In this document: positions 30,608 through 39,267 of the stretch, one piece after another
Position numbering within the stretch: position 1 is the stretch's first letter
How the letters are laid out: the number at the start of each line of letters is the position of its first letter
NCBI GenBank assembly: GCA_001563335.1
Contig: LRSL01000055.1
Span: 1 to 64,000, forward strand
Direction: 5' to 3'
Length of the DNA stretch: 64,000 nt
Source of the DNA: Candidatus Thorarchaeota archaeon SMTZ1-45
GTDB lineage: Archaea > Asgardarchaeota > Thorarchaeia > Thorarchaeales > Thorarchaeaceae
The notes under the pieces: model-generated
What the model was told of the DNA's origin: nothing
What the model saw: the letters and a program-made list of their open reading frames with translations, nothing else
The model's database searches: none
Position numbers and translations under genes: made by a program

Positions 30608-32250
30608 ATTTTCGTGAGCGTTGGAAGATTGCAGGTACCATCGCTCAGGAAATTAGATTTCATGGAATGCTAGAAGCCAACCCTTCCAATCTTTCTAGAA
30701 TCAAAGAGAAACCTGAACGTGTTGTTAATCAAATTAAGAGAAGTGCATCATGGAATGCAATCCTGACGGGGTTTGTCATCATTATGATTGGTTTTCTGAT
30801 GGTGGCGTCAGTATTATTCCTTGGAATACCTGGTGAACGCGAACTGAATTTTGCTATATCGCTTGGAATCTTCCTTGGTCTGGGTTTTGTAATAATATTC
30901 TTTGTAAATCTGACCTCCGCAGCCGGATTCTTCAATGCAGGTGCTATGCTATTACCTTCTACATTGCCATTTAGCAGACCCGATCTGGAGGGATTGATGA
31001 CCTTGGTCTTTGTACGAATATTCGTAGCTCCCTACGTCCTGCTTCTGACTATTTTTCCTTTAATAACATCTCTTGCTTTTGGGATTGTCACAGGAATCTT
31101 TGTTCTTGGAGCATTAGTAACAACGCTGATTTTATCTCTAGGTGCCTTAATCAGAGCAGCGGGATGGTTTCATCAGAAATCGCAGTCTGGTGACGAGTCA
31201 GCATTTTCGGTCATCATTCGAGTTGGGGCAGGCATAGGAATGACTCTCGGTATTGTCATGGCTTACGGCGCTATGAATTTTGTACCATATATTGTTGAAT
31301 TTATCATCTTTGTTTCAACAGCTTTTAATCCGGAAGTTCTGAGTATTTTTGCTCTAATTTTCCCATTCTCCTTTGGATTCGTTGGGGCAATGTTGACATA
31401 TGGTCTTGTATTCTCTCTCCCAACAAACACTATTGCTATTGCTGCATCAATCATCTATGTTTTTCTAAGCCTGCGAAGTTATCGTTCAAGCGGTCGAATA
31501 TTGCGTTCTCTTGCACTAGGCGGTGTGCCCATGGCAGTAGCATCCACTATAAGGCCAATCGATTTGCATATCTCTTCTTCAATTCCTGCTCTCATTAGAA
31601 AAGATATCCGAGTCGCAACTCGGAGTCTTGGTTCAATTATGCTCCTTGTGTTTCCTTTTCTTATGATCTTTGTAATCCTTCCTACTTTATTCATCGGATA
31701 CACTGAATCTACCGTTATACGGAGTTTTTCGGTTTTAATGGTGGTGGGATATGCTACAATGTTTGCAGGCCTCTCAATAATGGGGCTACTTGGGCTTGAT
31801 ACACAGGGAGCGTCAGTGTATGAAGGATTACCACTTCAAACAAGACAAGTTCTTAACTCTAAGATAACCATATTCGCCATTTCTTATGCGGCTACATTAT
31901 TGATTGTTTTCGTATTACTCCTATCTAGTCGCTTAATTTCACCATTTCTTCTATTCATACCATTATTTCAACTACCTTGTGGGTATTCAATTGGTGGAGC
32001 TGTAGGTGGTGTAATTTATAGGATACGTGGTGGTGGTCGAGTAACTTCAGTGAATCTTGTAGGTGACCAGGCAGTATCATTCATGGCCCTGATAGTAAGT
32101 GCAATAGTTGGCTTTCTACCTTTGATTGGTTATTCTGTTATCTTATTGCAAACTGGGAGTCATTTGCTATCAATCCTCTCCCAACTGTCAATATCGTTGC
32201 TTGAAATGGTTCTGTTACTAATTGGTATACCCCGTGTCTTGAGAGATTAA
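30604..32250 (+). CDS. ABC exporter permease (~12-13 TM)
   Basis: Overlaps ATPase stop; two hydrophobic halves with L.TLP and ..LP motifs and KD.R linker. Confidence 0.82.
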   Translation: MNFRERWKIAGTIAQEIRFHGMLEANPSNLSRIKEKPERVVNQIKRSASWNAILTGFVIIMIGFLMVASVLFLGIPGERELNFAISLGIFLGLGFVIIFFVNLTSAAGFFNAGAMLLPSTLPFSRPDLEGLMTLVFVRIFVAPYVLLLTIFPLITSLAFGIVTGIFVLGALVTTLILSLGALIRAAGWFHQKSQSGDESAFSVIIRVGAGIGMTLGIVMAYGAMNFVPYIVEFIIFVSTAFNPEVLSIFALIFPFSFGFVGAMLTYGLVFSLPTNTIAIAASIIYVFLSLRSYRSSGRILRSLALGGVPMAVASTIRPIDLHISSSIPALIRKDIRVATRSLGSIMLLVFPFLMIFVILPTLFIGYTESTVIRSFSVLMVVGYATMFAGLSIMGLLGLDTQGASVYEGLPLQTRQVLNSKITIFAISYAATLLIVFVLLLSSRLISPFLLFIPLFQLPCGYSIGGAVGGVIYRIRGGGRVTSVNLVGDQAVSFMALIVSAIVGFLPLIGYSVILLQTGSHLLSILSQLSISLLEMVLLLIGIPRVLRD

Positions 32251-32369
32251 ATAGAAGATATTGTTGTCAAACTGTACACATGGATTCTTTCTTGCTGTAG
32301 AGATGATTATCGTTGCTGAATTGGTCTGGTGGTGTCGATTAATTGAGAATGGATGAGATGTGTTTCATG

Positions 32370-32498
32370 CGAGAATAAATCGCCCTACTTTGTATTAATC
32401 CCGAGAGAGAGTCACACTGGTAGCACCAGTGGATCGAGTCGCGTTTCTACACTGATGTGTGATATCTCGGTTATCGGTATCTCAAATAACCGGAGTGC
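32370..32498 (+). repeat. Island repeat, copy B (decayed coding-like remnant)
   Basis: 5' half is 43/57 identical to 34073-34127; 3' half is 48/57 identical to 28963-29019. Confidence 0.75.
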
Positions 32499-32613
32499 AG
32501 GCTTGCTCGAACATGCTTACAATTCAGATGAACAGTACACATCAACAACCTTCCAACATTTTATCAACATCCCAAGCGGGATATAGACGAATGATATGAG
32601 AACGTGACATTGA

Positions 32614-33072
32614 ATGATAATTATCACTGTGGTCACACTACTAGCATGGAGATTACTCAGACGCTTTAGAAAGCAGTATTCACTTGCCATATTTCTCGTT
32701 GTGATAGCTATAACCTCATTTCTCGTCATGTACGATGTTAAGACTGCTGGAGTGTTTCGAGAGAACATAACGCCGGATTATGACATTGTTCACTACAACA
32801 GTTTCGTATTGTTCCCATTTGTTGTTCAGAAGCATCACAACTGGTCATCGCAGGAGTACTTCTATCGAGTTCTCCTCTTGGGTCGCGAAGGGAGTGTGAA
32901 GTATGAGGAAACTCCAAAGCCAGACCAGAGCGAGTACATGCATTTGTCCCTCGTAGTGATCTCTGCAATATTCTGTGTTCTAGGGTTCCTCTCCGCTTCA
33001 TTGGTAATTATCGTTGTTGAGTTTGTTAATTGGTATCGATTCAGGAAGGGAGTGCGGTGCGAAGAAAGGTAG
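32614..33072 (+). CDS. Hypothetical membrane protein
   Basis: 152 aa; 2-3 TM segments. Confidence 0.6.
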   Translation: MIIITVVTLLAWRLLRRFRKQYSLAIFLVVIAITSFLVMYDVKTAGVFRENITPDYDIVHYNSFVLFPFVVQKHHNWSSQEYFYRVLLLGREGSVKYEETPKPDQSEYMHLSLVVISAIFCVLGFLSASLVIIVVEFVNWYRFRKGVRCEER

Positions 33073-34037
33073 TGGTAATATCAATAGCAGTAATTATCCT
33101 AGTCCTAATCCTTGTCTATTTTCGACCTCCTTCTTATCATACGACACCAGAAGGAATTCCAGTTTTAGATTCCGTCTTTGCAGAATTAGTTGACCAAGAT
33201 CCAGATCCGGTTGTTTTCCCACAGTTTCCGGTTGTTGAAACTCCATTATCTATCACGATGGATTGCGACTACAGCCAATTTGAAAAAGTGAATGAGAGCA
33301 TTGCACTGTTAGCATCGATTGAATTCAGCTTGAAAGTCTGGTATCTGACGGAATATAATCTGACAATAGACACAGATTGGACTATTCTTGATGACGAAAT
33401 TTGGCGTTTCAGATTCCATGATGATAGTGTAGATGTCTATGTGTCAGTGAATTCGATATCGGGGAAAGTTTGTGGTTTTTCTTCCGTATGGCCTATTGGT
33501 GAATCACCATTCTTGCCAAATACATCGGAAAACCAATTTGCCAACTCTTCAGAACTGGAGCAATTAGCAATCGATTTCTTCAATCAATTCAACTACTCAT
33601 TATCACCTCATGCAAGATATATTGGTCCTAATCTAAGATATGACTATGCCTTTCATCATGACGTTTTTGTGATTTCATTTTCTAACGTAGTTAATAATAT
33701 ATTAATCGAAAGTGGAATACATCTTCGTCTTGATGTTGAAGCAAATGCAATCTTAAGTTTCAGTTATACTTGGGTACATGTCGATGCCCTTCCAATAGAG
33801 AATATAATTTCCCTTGAACAAGCTAGTCAATATGCACGGAGTTATCTAACAGAAGAAGCTAATATTTCGCAATTTACAATAAATACAGTAGAACTTCTTT
33901 TCGACAGGACTTGGACACCAGTAGGCGACCTTTATCGACTAGGCTGGATTGTTTCCATTGACTCTGAATATATAGTAGGGTTAAAGATTGATGCAAAAAG
34001 TGGATTCATCTATGATATTGGATACAAGGTAGTCTAG
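33057..34037 (+). CDS. Signal-anchored extracellular protein with PepSY/YcdB-like repeats
   Basis: RRK plus hydrophobic anchor; repeated motifs V.VNSISGKV, LDVEANAI, IS.EQA..YA..W.V..KIDAKSG.I. Confidence 0.65.
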   Translation: MRRKVVVISIAVIILVLILVYFRPPSYHTTPEGIPVLDSVFAELVDQDPDPVVFPQFPVVETPLSITMDCDYSQFEKVNESIALLASIEFSLKVWYLTEYNLTIDTDWTILDDEIWRFRFHDDSVDVYVSVNSISGKVCGFSSVWPIGESPFLPNTSENQFANSSELEQLAIDFFNQFNYSLSPHARYIGPNLRYDYAFHHDVFVISFSNVVNNILIESGIHLRLDVEANAILSFSYTWVHVDALPIENIISLEQASQYARSYLTEEANISQFTINTVELLFDRTWTPVGDLYRLGWIVSIDSEYIVGLKIDAKSGFIYDIGYKVV

Positions 34038-34072
34038 TCTGCTGAAACTAATAGCAGAATTTTCGTTTTCTA

Positions 34073-34127
34073 CGAGAATAAACCATCCAATCTTGTATCA
34101 ATTCCGAAAGATTCACACTGGTGGAAC
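34073..34127 (+). repeat. Island repeat, copy C
   Basis: 43/57 identical to 32370-32426. Confidence 0.65.
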
Positions 34128-34252
34128 TGGCAGTCTGGCATAAAAACATCCATGTCTATTCCACTTGTATATTACACAATATCTTCAACTCTTCTGATAT
34201 TATTAAAAAATCTTAAAGTCAAAAAGGGGTTATACATAATTGGGGATTTGAT

Positions 34253-34861
34253 TTGGATGAAAATCAGCCTGAGCAGGTCAGGAATAGAGTAATTGAGAGT
34301 ATTAAAACGCAGAGAGCAATTCTTGTGCGGCGTGTTGCAATCATACTACTGCTTCTTTATTTTGCCGTTATGGTGGATGTTGGAAGTTACGTCTACGGGA
34401 CTGTCGATCATGGGTTCTATTTTACATATCTTGGATATGACATATTCCCCATACCGTATCAATGGGCGGTCCTTCTACCTGTAATAACTGAACTGGACCC
34501 ACTCAGATCATTCATCTTCTTCACTTTCATCGGGCAAGGGATATGGATTGTCTGGGCGTTATTAGGTATCATTTACATTGTGATGCCACTTGTTCATTGG
34601 GCATACAACATCAAGAGAGAACCAGATTCGGAAATTATGCAAGTTCGATCAGATAAGGTTGAGAAAATAGGAGTCATCACAGGGATAGTTGCAGTTCTCT
34701 CGGTATATCTTTCAGTTGTAACTTTCAGGATCAATCTCGTGAATTATGGTCTTCTGCCACTAGTATTAGTATCAAGCTTATCAATCGTGGTCATATGTTT
34801 CCTAGTAATTGAAATTTTAAATATGATTAGAAATAAGACAAGGAAAATTCCAGTCACTTAG
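34253..34861 (+). CDS. Hypothetical membrane protein
   Basis: 202 aa; about 4 TM segments. Confidence 0.65.
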   Translation: MDENQPEQVRNRVIESIKTQRAILVRRVAIILLLLYFAVMVDVGSYVYGTVDHGFYFTYLGYDIFPIPYQWAVLLPVITELDPLRSFIFFTFIGQGIWIVWALLGIIYIVMPLVHWAYNIKREPDSEIMQVRSDKVEKIGVITGIVAVLSVYLSVVTFRINLVNYGLLPLVLVSSLSIVVICFLVIEILNMIRNKTRKIPVT

Positions 34862-34892
34862 TGATGAATCATTTAGAAACACTAGATCAATC

Positions 34893-34999
34893 AACAATGA
34901 TCTGGTTCTCTCCCATAATCATCACAAATTGGTCTTTTAAACTAGTATCTAGTCAGAACTACTCGAACCAACGGGGAGTCAGTACAATGATTATGGACT
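34893..34999. repeat. Direct repeat copy 2 (degenerate rpl10e 5' end/promoter)
   Basis: Matches 27708-27816; a 1-nt deletion destroys the rpl10e frame (MGENQIIVD*). Confidence 0.85.
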
Positions 35000-35028
35000 G
35001 TGATCTGATTGCATCTGACATTTGTAAA

Positions 35029-35541
35029 CTACATATGTCGAAGGCACACTTCGAATTGTGTTTGAAAGACAGCTGAGCCGGTATCTAAGTCAATGAAACG
35101 AAGTGCCCAAATGTATGCTCCGATAAAGCTTACACCAAAATAGCCAGTGGAGTATTCTGTGCCTGTCAAATCCCAACCGCCTCCACTACCATATCCCTCA
35201 AATGAATCTATCTTGTCAGAGTCGTTGAGTGACATAAAACTGGTTAATGTCATATGTGCATAACCAAATTCTAGTATGAAATTATCTTCATTTTTGTTAT
35301 GACTAAATAAGACACCCTCAACACCAACCCCGTACTCCAGATGGTCATCATCAATAATGAACTCCCTACAGAACCATTCCCCGTTGCTTAAACTGATACT
35401 TTCTCCGGGACTCGAATATATGATCTCTCTTTGTCCCAAATACATTGGAATGATACTAGGGCCTACTAATATTAGAAATAGCACTGAGAGGACACCAATA
35501 GAAAACAAGATTCGTCTTCTTTTTGTTGTTTCTTCCACCAA
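35029..35541 (-). CDS. Hypothetical signal-anchored protein
   Basis: KRRR plus TM segment, then a beta-rich domain. Confidence 0.6.
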   Translation of the reverse strand: MVEETTKRRRILFSIGVLSVLFLILVGPSIIPMYLGQREIIYSSPGESISLSNGEWFCREFIIDDDHLEYGVGVEGVLFSHNKNEDNFILEFGYAHMTLTSFMSLNDSDKIDSFEGYGSGGGWDLTGTEYSTGYFGVSFIGAYIWALRFIDLDTGSAVFQTQFEVCLRHM

Positions 35542-35623
35542 GATTCATCCTCTGGGTTTCTTATCTTCACTGATTTTTGTAAAATTCGTTCTACTGGATA
35601 AATAGCTTTCAAAACTTATGTAC

Positions 35624-35655
35624 TCTTGTCCAGGTCTTGTCCAAGACTTGGACAA
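35624..35655. promoter_or_regulatory. Operator-like inverted repeat TTGTCCAAG-A-CTTGGACAA with an extra TCTTGTCCA half-site
   Basis: Perfect 9-bp arms at 35637-35655, between divergent genes. Confidence 0.5.
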
Positions 35656-35769
35656 TCTCTTCATAATAGATGTTATTTGTGATCATGCATAATGACGTCA
35701 AATGAGTAGTCGTGTTTGAAACGAGATAGAAGATATTGCTTAAGAACAAAAGATGGTTATCGTTGATAC

Positions 35770-36162
35770 ATGAAAGAAGAGCTCATAGCACCCTGTGGCA
35801 TGAACTGTGCAATATGTGTTGCATACTTTGGATATAGAATGGATGGAGGCAGGAGAAAGACTGCATGTAGTGGTTGTAGAATTAAGAACAAGGATTGTGC
35901 CTTTGTCAAAAAGCAATGTGAACTTCTTTCCAAACACCAGATTGAGTATTGTTTCGAGTGCGATCACTTTCCTTGTGAGCAGTTAAAGAAACTTGACAAG
36001 CGCTACAGAATTAGATTCAATATGAGCAGTATTGAGAACTTGGAGAACATAAGAGATAATGGAGTTAGAAAGTTCCTCAAACAGCAAAGGACAAGATACA
36101 GATGTCCTGAATGCGGTGGCACTATATGTGTTCACACCAACAGATGCTATAGTTGCTCTTGA
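35770..36162 (+). CDS. DUF3795-family Cys-rich protein
   Basis: IAPCG.NC..C, C.GCR, YCFEC..FPC..L, CPECGG.IC.H..RC..C. Confidence 0.85.
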   Translation: MKEELIAPCGMNCAICVAYFGYRMDGGRRKTACSGCRIKNKDCAFVKKQCELLSKHQIEYCFECDHFPCEQLKKLDKRYRIRFNMSSIENLENIRDNGVRKFLKQQRTRYRCPECGGTICVHTNRCYSCS

Positions 36163-36218
36163 AATCAAGAGATTGAAAAGGAGTACTGATACAAGATATA
36201 GAGAAGGAGTATTGAATT

Positions 36219-36437
36219 ATGGGAAAGAAAGGAGTTGCAGCTGGTGTTCTGACCTTCCTTGTAGGGTTGGTGTTAGTCATAGATGACCTCCACGACTTTG
36301 TCGCAGGGACTGATTTTCTTCACTTCCTGCCAGACTTTGACCCCTATATCATCTTTGGATTCCAGCTACACCATCTCTACATTGGTATTGTATTAATCCT
36401 GATTGGACTAGCCATTGCCATGAAGTATGATGAGTAG
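36219..36437 (+). CDS. Small two-TM membrane protein
   Basis: GGAG RBS; F.LHHLYIG motif. Confidence 0.65.
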   Translation: MGKKGVAAGVLTFLVGLVLVIDDLHDFVAGTDFLHFLPDFDPYIIFGFQLHHLYIGIVLILIGLAIAMKYDE

Positions 36438-36449
36438 CGCACTTGAAGT

Positions 36450-36854
36450 CTACTTCTCACTCTTCACACGAGGCTCAGCGACGACCTGAATTGGATTACC
36501 CTCAGGGTCCTTCAGATTGAAGTAGGAAACCATGTCAGGAATATCCATGATGTCAGATGTGTCTAGACCTTTACTTTCGAGGTATGTCTTGCAAGCATCG
36601 AGATCATCAACATCCAAAGTAAGAGTTCCTGAACCTTGACGATGTTCACCATCGCGAATGAGGTTGATACCAAGCTTGGCGCCCCTTGCAGGGAGTGCAA
36701 ACTCAGCCCAACCGACTTCAGCACCTCCGTCCCAGGTTATGTCAAAACCCATGATTTCAGAGTAGAACTTTTTCGCACGATCAAAGTCCTTCACTTGATA
36801 TTGAAAATATACGGATCCTTCTTTGTAGGGCATTGGCCATTTCTTATCGCTCAT
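36450..36854 (-). CDS. VOC/glyoxalase family protein
   Basis: VKDFDRAKKFY.E..GF, VDDLD, KDPEGN.IQ. Confidence 0.88.
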   Translation of the reverse strand: MSDKKWPMPYKEGSVYFQYQVKDFDRAKKFYSEIMGFDITWDGGAEVGWAEFALPARGAKLGINLIRDGEHRQGSGTLTLDVDDLDACKTYLESKGLDTSDIMDIPDMVSYFNLKDPEGNPIQVVAEPRVKSEK

Positions 36855-36912
36855 AACAATCATGCTATTCAGGTATAATTGTGATTTAACTATTGTGAAC
36901 ACAGTAGAGGTT

Positions 36913-37848
36913 CTATAAACCTTGAAGGCATGCGATTGCAATCAATGGGAAAAGGATAGTTGCATCACCAATAACGGTCTCAAAGTTCGCTTCTGTCTGT
37001 ACTTTTTGCCAGGATATCCCCTCATCAAGGGGTGCACCACCAAGACTACCACCCTCAGGTCGGTCAAGTGTGATTTGAACAGCCATGTCGAGACCCCCCC
37101 TAAGAATAGTAGAACCCATGGTGAAGTGCTTTGTGAGACCTCCTCCAAGCATGATGGCTCCGGTTTTTTTCTGTTCTGTCACAATTTTACCAAGAATTCT
37201 GAGATCCTTCACAAAGTCAAGGGCAAGATTCTTGGTTGTGCTGTAAGTATAGAGATGAAATCCTAACATGGAGTCCATGAGACCGGGAGAGAATATCGGA
37301 ATATTATGAAGAGCAGCCTGTTTGACGATGGAGTTGTCATCTTCGATTGTCATGCCAAGTTCAGTAAGAAATTCACTTGGAGCAAGAGTTGTCAGTTTCT
37401 CATCAGAGAGTCTGTCGAGGAATCCATAGATACCCTTCTCGAAGAGCTCAAAGTCCTTTTCGTGCACGAAAATGTCTGCTATTCGTCCCATTCCAGCCTC
37501 GCGAAGTTCAACATCATCCTTTGAGGGCGGAACTCTGAAGTGGCTGCCTCCATATGCCTCGACAAGATCATGTACAATGTTTGCGCCACTTGTGACGATA
37601 GCTTGGATGAAACCCTTCTCAACAAGATGACGAACAATGTTTCGTAGACCTCCTGGAACCATAGGTCCAGACATAGAGAGGAATGTAAAGCAGTCCGTGT
37701 CGTCAAACATGCGCTTTGTAATTTCAGCAGCTCTTCCCAGTCTTCCTGCTCCAAGAACACCCACCTTTTCCATGGCTTTGAGATAATCAGGGATTTCCTT
37801 GATCTTAGTAGGGTCTACATGGTTGACCTTGTCCAAATCAGTCACCAA
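36913..37848 (-). CDS. dys: Deoxyhypusine synthase
   Basis: SG.MVPGGLR, TSGANIVHD, GGG..KH, GSLGGA..DEGISWQK, GDATI.FP. Confidence 0.92.
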   Translation of the reverse strand: MVTDLDKVNHVDPTKIKEIPDYLKAMEKVGVLGAGRLGRAAEITKRMFDDTDCFTFLSMSGPMVPGGLRNIVRHLVEKGFIQAIVTSGANIVHDLVEAYGGSHFRVPPSKDDVELREAGMGRIADIFVHEKDFELFEKGIYGFLDRLSDEKLTTLAPSEFLTELGMTIEDDNSIVKQAALHNIPIFSPGLMDSMLGFHLYTYSTTKNLALDFVKDLRILGKIVTEQKKTGAIMLGGGLTKHFTMGSTILRGGLDMAVQITLDRPEGGSLGGAPLDEGISWQKVQTEANFETVIGDATILFPLIAIACLQGL

Positions 37849-37905
37849 GAGCGAACCATGAGCTTGCTGAGATAAGTCATTCTGTTGAGATGAAATGAAA
37901 GAAAC

Positions 37906-37944
37906 GAGCCCAGGCCATATTCCGGGAGGGCAGGACCTGGACTC
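37906..37944 (-). other. Stable hairpin followed by pyrimidine tract, upstream of dys
   Basis: Minus strand GAGTCCAGGTC...GGCCTGGGCTC then GTTTCTTTCATTTC. Confidence 0.45.
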
Positions 37945-38098
37945 ACAAATCCAGAACGAATTCTAAATATATTATGACAGGAACAATGTTCAGGTTTGTT
38001 TCGACTCTAGATACTGTTTGACGAATTGTTGTAGAGTGGGGAGGCTTCCGAAAGTAATCATTAGAAGCGTACTTCAATACGTTTAAACGCTAAGACCC

Positions 38099-38746
38099 AT
38101 GGCTTGTCTTATGCAGCTAAGTCCCTATAGCACTCTCCCCCTAGTAATCATTGTTCATGCACTATTTATGCAAGGAGTGTGGCTCTTCTTAGGTCGTCGA
38201 GCTCGGGACATATATCTTGGAGACATTATGCACTTTCGAAAGCCATCATCAGTGCTCTCAAGATACTACGATTGGCGTGTCACGAAATTCCTTAATGCGC
38301 TGATTGAGGGCATTGTGTTCTTAGTCATTCTGCTTGCTTCGTTAATATTGATATCAATAATACTGGTTGACTTTGCTGCGTTTATAGATGCAATTCTCTA
38401 TGTCTTGTTTGTGATGTTCCTCTCCTTCTTGAGCTCTATCCAAATGGCATGGCGTGTCAAAGAGATCAATCAGCGAGAGAACGAATTGAGGTCTTCAATT
38501 AGTTCATCCACGGATAAGATTGGCGTAGCAAGAGAAATGATTGAGAATCTAATTGTCCAGGGACCTATGGGGGATGGGAGAATCTGGTTTGCTCTATACA
38601 GACTGGCTCAAAAGCCAAACCAGGTTGGATGGGCAATTAGGGATGTACTTTTTGAGAAGGCGAAAGAGTTGAGGGCAATGGATCAATATTCAACTAGGGA
38701 ATATAATTCAGCCACACGTGACAAAGGACCAGGAATAGAATCTTGA
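38099..38746 (+). CDS. Hypothetical membrane protein
   Basis: Three TM segments plus a cytoplasmic helical C-terminus. Confidence 0.7.
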   Translation: MACLMQLSPYSTLPLVIIVHALFMQGVWLFLGRRARDIYLGDIMHFRKPSSVLSRYYDWRVTKFLNALIEGIVFLVILLASLILISIILVDFAAFIDAILYVLFVMFLSFLSSIQMAWRVKEINQRENELRSSISSSTDKIGVAREMIENLIVQGPMGDGRIWFALYRLAQKPNQVGWAIRDVLFEKAKELRAMDQYSTREYNSATRDKGPGIES

Positions 38747-38826
38747 ACCAGGGCTAAAGGCTATTCAGTAAGTCTTATATCCGATTCCAAAGGCGTTCAC
38801 GAGAATCCCATTAGGAGGAACTCCAT

Positions 38827-39111
38827 ATGTCAAAGAGTGACGTTCTAAAAGGCCGTAGAGGCGTTGTCACAAGTTATCGTAGGGGAAAGCACCTACAGCA
38901 TCCAAATCAAGTGATTCTGCTATTCAATGAGATCAAGACCAGATCCGAGGCTTCAACACTTGTTGGTCGTAGGGTGAAGTGGATCTCGTCTGAGGAGAAG
39001 GAGTTCCTAGGCAAGGTGCTTGGTCCACATGGAAACAGTGGGGCAGTTCGTGCTAAATTCCGGACAAATCTACCCGGGCAAGCTATTGGAACCCCAGTTG
39101 TCCTATTATAG
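38827..39111 (+). CDS. rpl35ae: 50S ribosomal protein L35Ae/eL33
   Basis: YRRG...Q.PNQ, G.V..PHGNSGAVRAKF..NLPGQAIG. Confidence 0.95.
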   Translation: MSKSDVLKGRRGVVTSYRRGKHLQHPNQVILLFNEIKTRSEASTLVGRRVKWISSEEKEFLGKVLGPHGNSGAVRAKFRTNLPGQAIGTPVVLL

Positions 39112-39152
39112 ACAATCACGAACTTTTATCTAGCTAGCAGAGGATGCCTAAT

Positions 39153-39226
39153 TGGCTCCGATGATGCAACTGGCTATCTGAGGGCAGAGATGCCCAGCGA
39201 CGATTCATAGTTAGACTGAGGAGCCA
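39153..39226 (+). ncRNA. Box C/D guide sRNA
   Basis: Terminal stem TGGCTCC/GGAGCCA; C box ATGATG; D' CTGA (39178); GGGCA-GAGA-TGCCC hairpin; C'-like CGACGA; D CTGA (39216); two 11-12 nt guides; TTTTAT ~25 nt upstream. Confidence 0.8.
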
Positions 39227-39267
39227 CATCTTGAACACATTTGTCTGCTTATGGTTGGAGAAATATT

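Larger units (their letters stand above)
27817..34892. mobile_element. Accessory island between degenerate direct repeats (no integrase seen)
   Basis: Flanking repeats; content limited to membrane/secreted hypotheticals and an ABC exporter; appears more AT-rich by eye. Confidence 0.55.

Noticed and set aside
32353-32586. 77-aa ORF in the island
   Set aside because: It overlies repeat copy B in a frame different from the one the other copies support; probably spurious.
27817-34892. CRISPR array, integron or prophage interpretation of the island repeats
   Set aside because: The repeats are few, degenerate and kilobases apart. I recognised no attC-like palindromes, cas, integrase or capsid genes.
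34861-35076. 71-aa ORF
   Set aside because: It spans the degenerate rpl10e promoter copy on the opposite strand; not a credible gene.
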